Assembly: GCA_040830765.1 (NCBI GenBank)
Contig: JBFOMH010000005.1
Location: forward strand, 64,001 to 128,000
Reading direction: 5' to 3'
DNA length: 64,000 bases
From: Puniceicoccaceae bacterium
GTDB lineage: Bacteria; Verrucomicrobiota; Verrucomicrobiia; Opitutales; Oceanipulchritudinaceae
In this document: positions 9,595-18,658 of the stretch, one piece after another
Layout of the letters: the number at the start of each line of letters is the position of its first letter
Position numbering within the stretch: the stretch's first letter is position 1
Program-made: the position numbers and the translations under genes
Notes under the pieces: model-generated
Told to the model about the DNA's origin: nothing
Seen by the model: only the letters and a program-made list of their open reading frames with translations
Database searches by the model: none

Positions 9595-10920
9595 ATGATC
9601 CACCGCATAACAATCATGGCCACCGTCCTCCTCCTGGTGGCCAATATCTGGTACTTTCTGACCCGGTCCTGGGAGTCCACCTTTTACCCTACCAGCTATG
9701 CCACGATTTATTATCCCACCGATCGCCCGGTGGTGACTAGCTGGCAGGAGGCCGATGGGGGCGTTGAGGCTGTCGTCAAATGGAATGCCCCGGTCGAGGG
9801 CTGGAAGCTTTACTTCAACGGGGAACTGGTTTCCGAGAACAGCGGAGCGGCGATTTACTTTCCGGTGGACGAGGATTACTCCGACAACCGCACCTACACC
9901 GTGCAAGCGCTACCGGAGAATCTTTTCCCGCCCTTTGAAATGAAGGTGCGTTACCTGTCCGATGAATTTAACACGGACCGGGGCCTCTCCCGTGGATGGT
10001 ACGCGATTGTCATGTCGGACGAGCCGATGGCGAAGTTCAAGCAGTTTGCTGTCAGCGACTGGGTGGACCGTTACGAATATCTGCCGGAAAGCGACCTGGC
10101 CGAGGTGGAGGCCATCCTGAGGGAGGAGGCCGGTATCCAGGATTCCGACACCAGCCTCGAGAAACTGGAAAAGGTCATGATGCACCAGCGCGATAACCTG
10201 ACCCAGACCTGCCGGGGCACACCCCCGCCCCAGTACCGCTGGGAAAGTCCCTACACCATCTACAAGGAAATGCGGGCTGGCACTGGCCATGGCTGGTGCA
10301 CCCAGCATGCGCAGGTATTCACCTTCCTCGCCAACCGGGCCGGCCTCTCGACGCGCCTGGTTGTCACCGCCCGGACCCAGGGCAACAAGTTTGTCTACAC
10401 CGGGCATACCTGGGTTGAGGCCTGGATCCCGGAACAGGGCCGCTGGGCATGGGTGGAGCCGAGCTACGCCGTCATTTACGCCACCGACAAAAAGGGACAA
10501 GTGCTCAATTCCGTCGAACTGGCCAATCTGCGGCAGCATGCGGCTTGGGATGGCGTGTCCGGCCGGGTCTACAAGGACTGGGGCTGGCCAGAGCTGTCGG
10601 GGGAAGCGAACACCCTGATCGACGCACCATTCCCCGACGTGGGCGGTGTGGTTGAGCGCCAGTTCATCACCAGTGCCATCTACAAGTGGCGCCGCCCGCC
10701 CAATGTCGAGGACCTACGGTATGATTACCGCATGCTCTTCAAGGACTGGACCTTCACTTGGGGGAATTTCGTCCGCTACTACTTCAAGCCCCCGCTGGCC
10801 TACGCCAACTACCCCACCGAGGGCACCCGCACTTACTGGATCCGCCACCTCCTCCTGTGGAGCTTCCTTGCTTGTGCAGCGGGAGGCGCGCTGCTGTCTT
10901 TCCGGAAGAAGCGGTCCTGA
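9595..10920 (+). CDS. Transglutaminase-like domain membrane protein
   Basis: GWCTQHAQVF (Cys), GHTWVEAW (His), WAWVEPS; N- and C-terminal TM segments. Confidence 0.78.
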   Translation: MIHRITIMATVLLLVANIWYFLTRSWESTFYPTSYATIYYPTDRPVVTSWQEADGGVEAVVKWNAPVEGWKLYFNGELVSENSGAAIYFPVDEDYSDNRTYTVQALPENLFPPFEMKVRYLSDEFNTDRGLSRGWYAIVMSDEPMAKFKQFAVSDWVDRYEYLPESDLAEVEAILREEAGIQDSDTSLEKLEKVMMHQRDNLTQTCRGTPPPQYRWESPYTIYKEMRAGTGHGWCTQHAQVFTFLANRAGLSTRLVVTARTQGNKFVYTGHTWVEAWIPEQGRWAWVEPSYAVIYATDKKGQVLNSVELANLRQHAAWDGVSGRVYKDWGWPELSGEANTLIDAPFPDVGGVVERQFITSAIYKWRRPPNVEDLRYDYRMLFKDWTFTWGNFVRYYFKPPLAYANYPTEGTRTYWIRHLLLWSFLACAAGGALLSFRKKRS

Positions 10921-11102
10921 TAGCCTAAATTCTATTGTCATTAGAAACCCTGCCCTGCGTTTCCGACAGGGTCCGCTCATGAGCAATGGGAGCACTCCCG
11001 CCGGAGTGTAATCAGCAGTAAATTCAGCTTGAGATCGGCGAATGTGGACGATATTGCTTTTCGTAAGACAGCAATCCCAACCCCTCCCTGAATCACAGCT
11101 CA

Positions 11103-13082
11103 ATGAAAAAGGTTATTACCCCACCCTGTCTGGGTGTCATCATGATCTTGTCATGTCTGGCATCTGTATTGGAAGGATCGTTCACCTGGTCCGAATCCGA
11201 TGGAAAGATCACCATTACAGGATACTCCGGTTCGGACACTGTCCTGGCGGTTCCGGAAGAGATCAACGGTTTGCCAGTGGTCAGGATCGGAGAAAGGGCG
11301 TTTTACAGGGACAACTCCTTGGAGAGCGTCATAATTCCGGCATCGGTAGAAGTCATTGAGGACCGGGCATTTCTTTCCTGCGATCAGCTGACTCAGATCA
11401 CCTTGGGAAAAGGAGTTGCATCCATAGGTATTAGTTTCGCTCTCAAAAACCTGTCCGCCATTGAGGTGGACCCGGAGAATCCGTTTTTTGCTGACCAATC
11501 GGGCATCCTTTTTGACAAGACGCTTTCTACCCTTTACCGGGTACCCCCGGCGCTTTCCGGCAGCTTCGATGTTCCTGATTCCGTTACGGTCATTGAGGGC
11601 AGTTCGTTCTGGTATTGTGACGAGATAACACACATCGAAATACCGGACACGGTAACCCATATTGACGAGGGAGCTTTTGTGTATTGCAAGGCTCTTGTAA
11701 GTGTAACCCTCCCCGCCAACCTTCCATTCATTAGCAACGATCTGTTCAGATTTTGTGACGTGCTGGGATCGGTCACAATACCGAACTCAGTCACGACCAT
11801 TGGAAACAATGCTTTCAGCGAGTGTTTCCAGTTAAGCGAAGTGGTTCTGCCTGAATCACTGGAAGCCATCGGTGAACAGGCTTTTAGCGCGTGCGAGAGC
11901 TTAGCGGCGATTTCCCTCCCCGAGGCAACAGATTCCATCGGGAACTATGCATTCGCCGGATGTAAAGCGCTCACCAGTGTGACAATTCCCGGGAACGTCA
12001 CTTCCGTCGGTGAGGGTTCCTTTTCCAGGTGCCAGTCGCTGACTGAGATTCTTGTCGACCCGGCCAACGCGGATTACACCAGTCTGGACGGCGTGCTATT
12101 CGACAAGTCCCTTACCACGTTGGTCCAATTTCTGGCCGGGCTTATCGGTCCTTATACCGTCCCCGAATCCGTAACCTCAATAGCGGGCGGGGCATTCACC
12201 GGTGCATCGATAGCGGATATTTCGTTAGGGAGCAACTTGGCCAGTATTGGTGAATTGTCCTTTTACGATTGCGACCAGTTGACGGAGCTGACAATCCCGA
12301 ACACGGTCACCAGCATCGGCAATTGGGCATTTGGCTGGTGCGAAAACCTGGAAAGGATCACGCTATCCCAAAGTCTTCAAGCCATCGACGACTACATGCT
12401 GTATGGTTGTTCCTCTCTAAAGTCGATTACCATCCCCGTATCCGTAAACAGTATCGGAAGCAATTCCTTCAGCCACTGCAAAGAATTGAACGAGGTAGTT
12501 ATTTCCGATGGGCTTCAGTCCATTGGTAGAACCGCATTCGGTTGGTGCACCGGCCTTCTGGAAGTGACCCTTCCAAGCACCCTTTCATCGCTGGACAGCC
12601 AGGTATTCAGGGGCTGTAGTTCTTTATACTCAGTGCGTTTTCTAGGAACTCCGCCAACATTCGGCAGCGGATTGTTTGATGGGACCTACATCGAATTCAT
12701 GGTTTACTATATTGAGGGCATGCCCGGCTGGGATTCCACATTCGCAGGTAAACCAACAAGCCCATTCGATCCATGGTGGCTATGGGGAACCTATGAAATC
12801 CTTGAGTCCCCGGAGGGCAACTACGCGGACACACAAGAGTGGCTTGGCTGGGTTGAAGTGTCCTACAGCCCTCTTGTCTGGCATCTCGGCACCGGAAGCT
12901 GGCTCTATGTTCCGGAGGAAGTCGCCACAGCGGGAACAGGTTGGATATATGTGTTCGACCTCGTGCCCAATACCCCCGATCTCTGGCTCGTCCTTATGGA
13001 AGGAACAAGCTGGGGCTACAGTTACGGGCTTAGCAAGTGGATGTATGTTACTGAATCCGGTTGGGTGTATCTTGTATCTTGA
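11103..13082 (+). CDS. BspA-type leucine-rich repeat surface protein with Trp-rich C-terminal module
   Basis: Many LxxVxIPxSVTxIGxxAFxxC repeats; signal peptide; Trp-rich tail from about 12783. Confidence 0.92.
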   Translation: MKKVITPPCLGVIMILSCLASVLEGSFTWSESDGKITITGYSGSDTVLAVPEEINGLPVVRIGERAFYRDNSLESVIIPASVEVIEDRAFLSCDQLTQITLGKGVASIGISFALKNLSAIEVDPENPFFADQSGILFDKTLSTLYRVPPALSGSFDVPDSVTVIEGSSFWYCDEITHIEIPDTVTHIDEGAFVYCKALVSVTLPANLPFISNDLFRFCDVLGSVTIPNSVTTIGNNAFSECFQLSEVVLPESLEAIGEQAFSACESLAAISLPEATDSIGNYAFAGCKALTSVTIPGNVTSVGEGSFSRCQSLTEILVDPANADYTSLDGVLFDKSLTTLVQFLAGLIGPYTVPESVTSIAGGAFTGASIADISLGSNLASIGELSFYDCDQLTELTIPNTVTSIGNWAFGWCENLERITLSQSLQAIDDYMLYGCSSLKSITIPVSVNSIGSNSFSHCKELNEVVISDGLQSIGRTAFGWCTGLLEVTLPSTLSSLDSQVFRGCSSLYSVRFLGTPPTFGSGLFDGTYIEFMVYYIEGMPGWDSTFAGKPTSPFDPWWLWGTYEILESPEGNYADTQEWLGWVEVSYSPLVWHLGTGSWLYVPEEVATAGTGWIYVFDLVPNTPDLWLVLMEGTSWGYSYGLSKWMYVTESGWVYLVS

Positions 13083-13204
13083 TTGTCCCCTACCAGAAGC
13101 GTGTGGGGAGCCGCAATGAACAGGCATTCGGAAAGTTAAATTGCCGGGTGTCAAAGCGCTCCGCCTCATAGCAAGTAGCTGCTCACCCTCTAACTCGCGG
13201 CTCC

Positions 13205-14113
13205 TCAGTCGAAGATATAAACCCAGGCACCTGCCTCACTGATATTCTCTTCGGGACAGTAGAGATAAGCATTGAGGGAATAGGACCAGACCCAATCACC
13301 TTGGGAAACATTCAGCCAGCCGAGGAATCCGCCGGTATCGACATCGCGGGTGACGTTGGCGATGGGGATTCCGGCCCAAAGCAGGGTCGGTGCATAGAAT
13401 TCGTCAAAGAGAAACTCTGCGTAAACGGAATGACCGCTATTGCTGAGGTGAATGGCATCCGAAAATGCCACTGCGGGACCCGGTAATGCGGGATCCGGTA
13501 GAGCCGGATCACCAGCAGGCAAACTTGCCTGGGGAACCCCAAAGGCAACCTGCATCAGGCCAAGGGAATTAATCAAGGTGACGCGGCTGCCTAGGAAAGC
13601 GTGATTGGCCAGGGCTGTGGCCAACTGCTCGAGGTACTCCGCCAGCAGTGCGTTCTGCGTGGCAATGTCCGCGCCAAAGACTGGTCCGGGCAAGTAATCA
13701 TAACTCGAGAGGAGGATGGGCGCCTCAGTTGCGCCGCTAATCTTCACCAGGAGCTCAATGACGTCATTCACAACCGCTGGAATCGCGTCTAAATCCGGCC
13801 AACTGGCCAGCAGGTCATTTCCCCCGATGATCAAGTGAACCAGTCTCTCGTCGGGATTGTCTGCCAGCAGTTGAGCGACATCAAGAATCAGTCCGTCATT
13901 CCACTGATCGGCTCGCGAGCCGCCGACACTGGTATTCAACAAGCTGTAGGCGGACAGCCCATTGGCGTTCAATTCATCCTCGATAAAGGAACCAACCCGG
14001 ACTCCCCAGCTATCCCCCATCAGGATCACTTCAGCTGCAATAAGCCCGTTGCTGAAAGCAATGAACAATCCCATCAAGGATAGTCGCAGAGGCCTGAGAA
14101 CCCAGTTCACCAT
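13205..14113 (-). CDS. Secreted SGNH/GDSL hydrolase with Trp-rich C-terminal module
   Basis: Block I GDSW, block II VGGS, block III GGND, block V DAIH. Start taken at ATG 14113; the track's longer ORF overlaps the next gene. Confidence 0.85.
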   Translation of the reverse strand: MVNWVLRPLRLSLMGLFIAFSNGLIAAEVILMGDSWGVRVGSFIEDELNANGLSAYSLLNTSVGGSRADQWNDGLILDVAQLLADNPDERLVHLIIGGNDLLASWPDLDAIPAVVNDVIELLVKISGATEAPILLSSYDYLPGPVFGADIATQNALLAEYLEQLATALANHAFLGSRVTLINSLGLMQVAFGVPQASLPAGDPALPDPALPGPAVAFSDAIHLSNSGHSVYAEFLFDEFYAPTLLWAGIPIANVTRDVDTGGFLGWLNVSQGDWVWSYSLNAYLYCPEENISEAGAWVYIFD

Positions 14114-14287
14114 AATTGAGTAGTCATATACCCCATTGTTAAACCCGACAATCCAATTCCTCCTGTCTGCGGTCTTCATTGGACAAGTTGAAGAACCTAT
14201 CAGGAACCGTTCACCGGCAGGAAATTGCAATTGCCTCTGTCTCGCAACCCCATTAGCATCCGCGATCGTCGAAAGGGGAAATGAGAA

Positions 14288-14476
14288 ATGTCTGAAAAAA
14301 CACTTCAATTCGTCAAACGCGAGGATCTCGAACCGATTTGTCCTTACTGTGAAAAGACGCTGCCAATGGTATTCATTCGCACGAAGGGCTTTCCGTTAGT
14401 TCAAGGAACCAATGTGGTTTATTTCTGCCCACATTGTAAAAAGGTCCTCGGTTTTGGACAGGGGCGGATGATTTAG
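14288..14476 (+). CDS. Small zinc-ribbon protein (CPxC...CPxC)
   Basis: 62 aa with CPYC and CPHC pairs; purine-rich RBS (aagggg) upstream; fills the gap between its neighbours. Confidence 0.7.
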   Translation: MSEKTLQFVKREDLEPICPYCEKTLPMVFIRTKGFPLVQGTNVVYFCPHCKKVLGFGQGRMI

Positions 14477-14478
14477 GC

Positions 14479-16122
14479 CTATTCGACCCAAGGTCGCATG
14501 GAGTTGCTATCGAAGTGATAGAAGTTTGGGCCGTAAGCTGAGGAGACATACATGTAGCCGGAAGCCTGCGACCATGCCCACACCCCGCCCGAGATAACGG
14601 AACCGGGCCAGAAGTAGATCCAGCCTTGCTGGCTGTGGTAGATCCAACCCTGGCCAGATTCATCCCGGTCGATCAGGTAGATATAGCCCCAGCCTGTGGC
14701 CTCCGGGATCCAGTAACTCCATCCGTCCGGATAATGGGCCAAGCGGCCAAGGAACGCATTATCCTCCCAGAGGACGTTACGGACCGCAAAGGCCTTCAGG
14801 TTGAAAAGGGTAATTCCGGCACCACCGGAAAATCTCAGGTAGACATCGTGCATCCCGCTTACCGGTTGGGATAAGATCGCCGACAGCGTCTCAATACTCG
14901 TTCCCGGAAAATCCGACGGTACTTCAAAGATTGCCAGCACCGGGCCATCGAGGGCGTCCAATCTCACTTCAATGGTTCCTCCAACACCGCCATCCTTGGC
15001 CGTTACCGTAAAGAATCCCGCGCCTTCACCAAAGTCGATATCGCTGTACCGAACCCAGTTGCCATTCTTGATGAACTGGAGCTCGGAGGCAATCGGGTGC
15101 GTATTGGACAAGTCACCCGGATGCGACTCATCGTCGTAGCCAACAGCAGCGATTTCCCGGTTCAGGGAAGTGGCATGCGGGCCACCACGATATCCGTCGA
15201 GGTATAACTGGCGCATGATCGACTGGACTTCCGTTGGACTGGAACCGGCCACGATGTAAGTGGTGTAGTATTCGTAGACTCCCCCATCAATCCAGTAGCG
15301 TCCCGATTCAGCACCCAACTTGGTGGTATCCCCAAAGGTACGGGTGAGGCCGATGAAATTGTTGTCGAGGTCACCCCCGTAGGAACGGTTGGCACCATAA
15401 ATTCCGATGGTGGGACCATCCGTGCTTGTGCTCGCCATCACCCCACCGATGTTGACCCGGTGCACAACCCGGCTGCTGGAAGTATTGATGATGATTTGAG
15501 AAAGATTGCGGATAGCGTCGAATCCGTAGTATTTCCCGAACTTCTTTTCCATGTAGAGGGCGGGAATCTCTGCATTCCAATTAGCTCCCCGGGGAGTCAG
15601 GAATCGCAGGTCGATTTGTGCCACCTGGCCACCGTAGCCCTCGAGGAAGGTCGTCGAGGCAATAAAACGTGATGTGTCAAATGCGGCCCCGCCATGCTCC
15701 AGCAGGCCCGGCCACTGACGGACAAACCACTCCCGCGGGATGCACTTTGCGACTACCCGGTCAGGGCCTTCCGTCCGCAGGAACAGCACCTCCGATTCCC
15801 CGCGGATGGCATCCCCTCCCTGATTGGGGTTGATTACCACCCGCTTCGAGGCGCTGAACAGATAACCGTCACTGACAAACTGGGTGAAGTCCTTGCCATA
15901 AGTCGAGTACTGCAGCAGCCGGCCGGGATCATTGACGTTGATGAATTCCTCTCCCTTGTACTTGAATGACATCACAGCACCACCCCAGGTATCACTTTGG
16001 GTGACACTGAGGACACCGTTGCTGATCGTCGCACCGGAGCGGGAAATCTGGCCATAGGATGGCAATGTAAAAGCAAGTAGAAGTATTACCACGACCAAGG
16101 TAGCAGCCTTTGATGGAGTCAT
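14479..16122 (-). CDS. Secreted protein with CBM6-like carbohydrate-binding module and aromatic C-terminal module
   Basis: IKNGNWVRYSDIDFG...IEVRLDALDGPVL...SGMHDVYLRF (CBM6 pattern); signal peptide; GW-rich tail. Confidence 0.8.
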   Translation of the reverse strand: MTPSKAATLVVVILLLAFTLPSYGQISRSGATISNGVLSVTQSDTWGGAVMSFKYKGEEFINVNDPGRLLQYSTYGKDFTQFVSDGYLFSASKRVVINPNQGGDAIRGESEVLFLRTEGPDRVVAKCIPREWFVRQWPGLLEHGGAAFDTSRFIASTTFLEGYGGQVAQIDLRFLTPRGANWNAEIPALYMEKKFGKYYGFDAIRNLSQIIINTSSSRVVHRVNIGGVMASTSTDGPTIGIYGANRSYGGDLDNNFIGLTRTFGDTTKLGAESGRYWIDGGVYEYYTTYIVAGSSPTEVQSIMRQLYLDGYRGGPHATSLNREIAAVGYDDESHPGDLSNTHPIASELQFIKNGNWVRYSDIDFGEGAGFFTVTAKDGGVGGTIEVRLDALDGPVLAIFEVPSDFPGTSIETLSAILSQPVSGMHDVYLRFSGGAGITLFNLKAFAVRNVLWEDNAFLGRLAHYPDGWSYWIPEATGWGYIYLIDRDESGQGWIYHSQQGWIYFWPGSVISGGVWAWSQASGYMYVSSAYGPNFYHFDSNSMRPWVE

Positions 16123-16349
16123 TGTCCTAACAAAAATGATGACTTTCCAGGGTCAGTCAGAATTCCCTACTAACTGTAGGATATCCGCATGAATTGAAAC
16201 AGCCACGGCGACCTTGACCATGGCCCCAAACAAACGAAATCTGTGTCGCGACCCACAAAGCTGGAATTTTTCCCGAAATTTCGCAAAATAGCGGAATAAA
16301 TCCGATTCTGATTCGTCTACGCTTCAAGGGACTATGTTGTCCTTACCTT

Positions 16350-16604
16350 ATGAACACCACCGACCAACACAATGCACCCAGCCGGTTCCGGCTGATTCTT
16401 GGGTGTCTGATTGCGGGATGTGGTCTTGCCATAGCCGGGTGCCAGCAGGTACCCGTCTACCAGCAGGTCGAGCTATCCCGGCCCGGGATGCTCTTTTCGG
16501 ATTCTCCCGCCCTGGCGGACAGTTCCGTCCTCCTTTCCACTATTGAACCCGGAACCGACGACCGCGGTGGCGCCAATGCCGCCGGGTGTACCGCCTGCCA
16601 ATGA
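16350..16604 (+). CDS. DUF4266-like small lipoprotein
   Basis: Lipobox IAGC, then QQVPVYQQVELSRPGMLF and a terminal GGANAAGCTACQ, resembling the DUF4266 pattern CxxVxPyexxxLxxpxM...GGGCGC. Confidence 0.7.
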   Translation: MNTTDQHNAPSRFRLILGCLIAGCGLAIAGCQQVPVYQQVELSRPGMLFSDSPALADSSVLLSTIEPGTDDRGGANAAGCTACQ

Positions 16605-17710
16605 AAAGGGTCATCCTGCCAATTGCCTGGGCCACACTGGGCGCAGCCTCCCTCAATGCTTCCGGGCTGGAACATCTGGATGGTTCCCTCGATTGGATGG
16701 CTACCGGTGATGTGAAGCTCGGTACCAGCCTGCTGGGAGCTTCCATCGATATTCGTGAAAGTTCCACCTTGGACATCCAGCTTGAGCTGTCCCTGAAGGA
16801 GGTTGAATACCGTCCGAATGCCCCCATTGACCCCCTCGGGATGGATACTGACCTTGACGACACCCTGACCGGAATCAACCTCGCCTTGGAGCAAAACCGG
16901 GAACGCCACCGCACCACCCTCGGGGCCTCCGCCTACAAGGGATTCCGTAGCTACTCTTCCCTCTGGATCGACGAATATTACCGTCAGCAATACGGACTCG
17001 GTGGTCTTCCGGGAGTCAGCTATGAGGATCCCGATCCCCATGGTTACGGACTGACCGCTTCCCACCGCTACGAGGTCCTGCCGTCATCCGGCTTCCTGAC
17101 ATTCTCTGCCAGTTACCTCTATGACCGCGTTGCGCCCGGATATGAGATTGAGGATTTGGGGTCCTCTTTTGAACTGACCCGGAGCGAAACGATCCTCCAC
17201 ACGTGGACAGGTTCCGTTGAGTACGAGGGGCTCATCAACAAGTCAGCCCGTACCCGCCAGGTGGCCAGCCTCTCAAAGACCAGTACGCGGGAACTCCGCT
17301 TCAGCTGGTCGGGGGCCCTTAACGTTGCCCTTGGACCCAAGTGGATTTCCCGGTCAACGGCCACCTTTGCCACCGAAAATCCGGACTTTGAGGCCTGGTC
17401 GGTAGCTCAGACCTTTGAACGCGAATTTGACGGCGACTGGTCCGTCTCCCTGACGGCGCGGTATTATGAAGACACCGGACAAATCGAGTCCGCCAACCTG
17501 ATCTCGAGTGCTGCCCCGGCTCTCGAGACACAACAACTCTTCCTGACCCTGCGGCGCTCCCTTGCCGGAAGTGAGTCCGCATTCTCCCTCAGTTTCGGAC
17601 CCTACCTGACTGACTATGCCGAGACCGGCATCGGGACCGAGCGCTTTGAAAACCTTTATGCCGACCGTGACTGGTGGTGGGGTCGATTTGCTTTTCGCAA
17701 GGAATTCTAA
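16601..17710 (+). CDS. Outer-membrane beta-barrel protein, DUF3570-like
   Basis: ATGA overlap with the upstream gene; signal peptide; amphipathic strands; ARYYEDTG; C-terminal Phe. Confidence 0.6.
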   Translation: MKRVILPIAWATLGAASLNASGLEHLDGSLDWMATGDVKLGTSLLGASIDIRESSTLDIQLELSLKEVEYRPNAPIDPLGMDTDLDDTLTGINLALEQNRERHRTTLGASAYKGFRSYSSLWIDEYYRQQYGLGGLPGVSYEDPDPHGYGLTASHRYEVLPSSGFLTFSASYLYDRVAPGYEIEDLGSSFELTRSETILHTWTGSVEYEGLINKSARTRQVASLSKTSTRELRFSWSGALNVALGPKWISRSTATFATENPDFEAWSVAQTFEREFDGDWSVSLTARYYEDTGQIESANLISSAAPALETQQLFLTLRRSLAGSESAFSLSFGPYLTDYAETGIGTERFENLYADRDWWWGRFAFRKEF

Positions 17711-17738
17711 TAACTTAAACTAACCTATTCATACCAAT

Positions 17739-18638
17739 ATGAGACACCTGACTTCCCTTTCCCTGCTCGCTTTCTTCCTCATTGGCCACACTGCTTCCGC
17801 CCAGACCTACGTGGTCGGTGATGTGGTCGACGACTGGACCTTTACCGATTACAAAACCGGTAATTCCGTCAACCTCTATGAGCTGGGGGCCGAGGGTGGC
17901 GTCCTCGTCCTGGAGTGGTTTGCCTACTGGTGTCCTTACTGTGCCCGTGCAGCAGCCAACGTAGAGACGGGTATTGTTGAATATTATGCGGCCCGTGGCG
18001 GAAATCCGGACGGACTCCCCGTGAAGCATATTTCCCTAAACACCCAGGGAGGAACGCGGACACAATCAGACATTTTCATCAATACCTACAACTTGGGAAT
18101 CGTCCTTGAGGATTACAGCCGCGACTTTTTTGACCTCTTCACTCTGGCGGGTAGCGGTCAGCCGCTCTTCGTCATTATCAATGCCGAGGAGAATTCCCCC
18201 ACCGCCGAGCGCTGGGAGGTCCTCTACACCAGGCTTAACTACTTGCAAAATGAGGCACCCGACATCTCCGCCCTGATGCGGCCAGTGATCGACTCCGTGG
18301 AGGCCGGCGTCGCCCCGGATCCCGTCCTGGCAGTCTTTCCCAACGCAATGGGGCCGGTTGATGGATGGTATGAAAGCACCTGGCTGGGCTGGTTCAACGC
18401 CCAGTCCTTCCCGGGAATCTTCCATGCCGAGCATGGATTCGGTCAGGTCTTCCCGGCCGGCAACGATTCCATATTCCTCTACACCGAGCGGCTCGGATGG
18501 ACCTTCAGTGGACCGGCGTTCTATCCCTTTATGTATTCGTTCACCAGTGCCAACTGGTTGTACTACCAGCAGGGATCGAATGGCCTCTGGTTTTACGACT
18601 ATGCCTTCGGCAATTGGCGTAATTTCGGCGAACAGTAA
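17739..18638 (+). CDS. Secreted thioredoxin-like (TlpA/redoxin) protein with Trp-rich C-terminal module
   Basis: VGDVVDDWTFTD...VLVLEWFAYWCPYC; signal peptide; type B tail. Confidence 0.8.
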   Translation: MRHLTSLSLLAFFLIGHTASAQTYVVGDVVDDWTFTDYKTGNSVNLYELGAEGGVLVLEWFAYWCPYCARAAANVETGIVEYYAARGGNPDGLPVKHISLNTQGGTRTQSDIFINTYNLGIVLEDYSRDFFDLFTLAGSGQPLFVIINAEENSPTAERWEVLYTRLNYLQNEAPDISALMRPVIDSVEAGVAPDPVLAVFPNAMGPVDGWYESTWLGWFNAQSFPGIFHAEHGFGQVFPAGNDSIFLYTERLGWTFSGPAFYPFMYSFTSANWLYYQQGSNGLWFYDYAFGNWRNFGEQ

Positions 18639-18658
18639 ATTTGGCAGTAATTGCCGGT

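Noticed and set aside
10921..11102. Possible structured RNA or riboswitch in the intergenic region (small CACTCC/GGAGTG hairpin)
   Set aside because: No recognisable tRNA or riboswitch motif; an Infernal/Rfam search would be needed.
13107..13204. 8-bp inverted repeat GGAGCCGC/GCGGCTCC bracketing an intergenic region (MITE?)
   Set aside because: Too short, I noticed no second copy of the element, and there is no target-site duplication.
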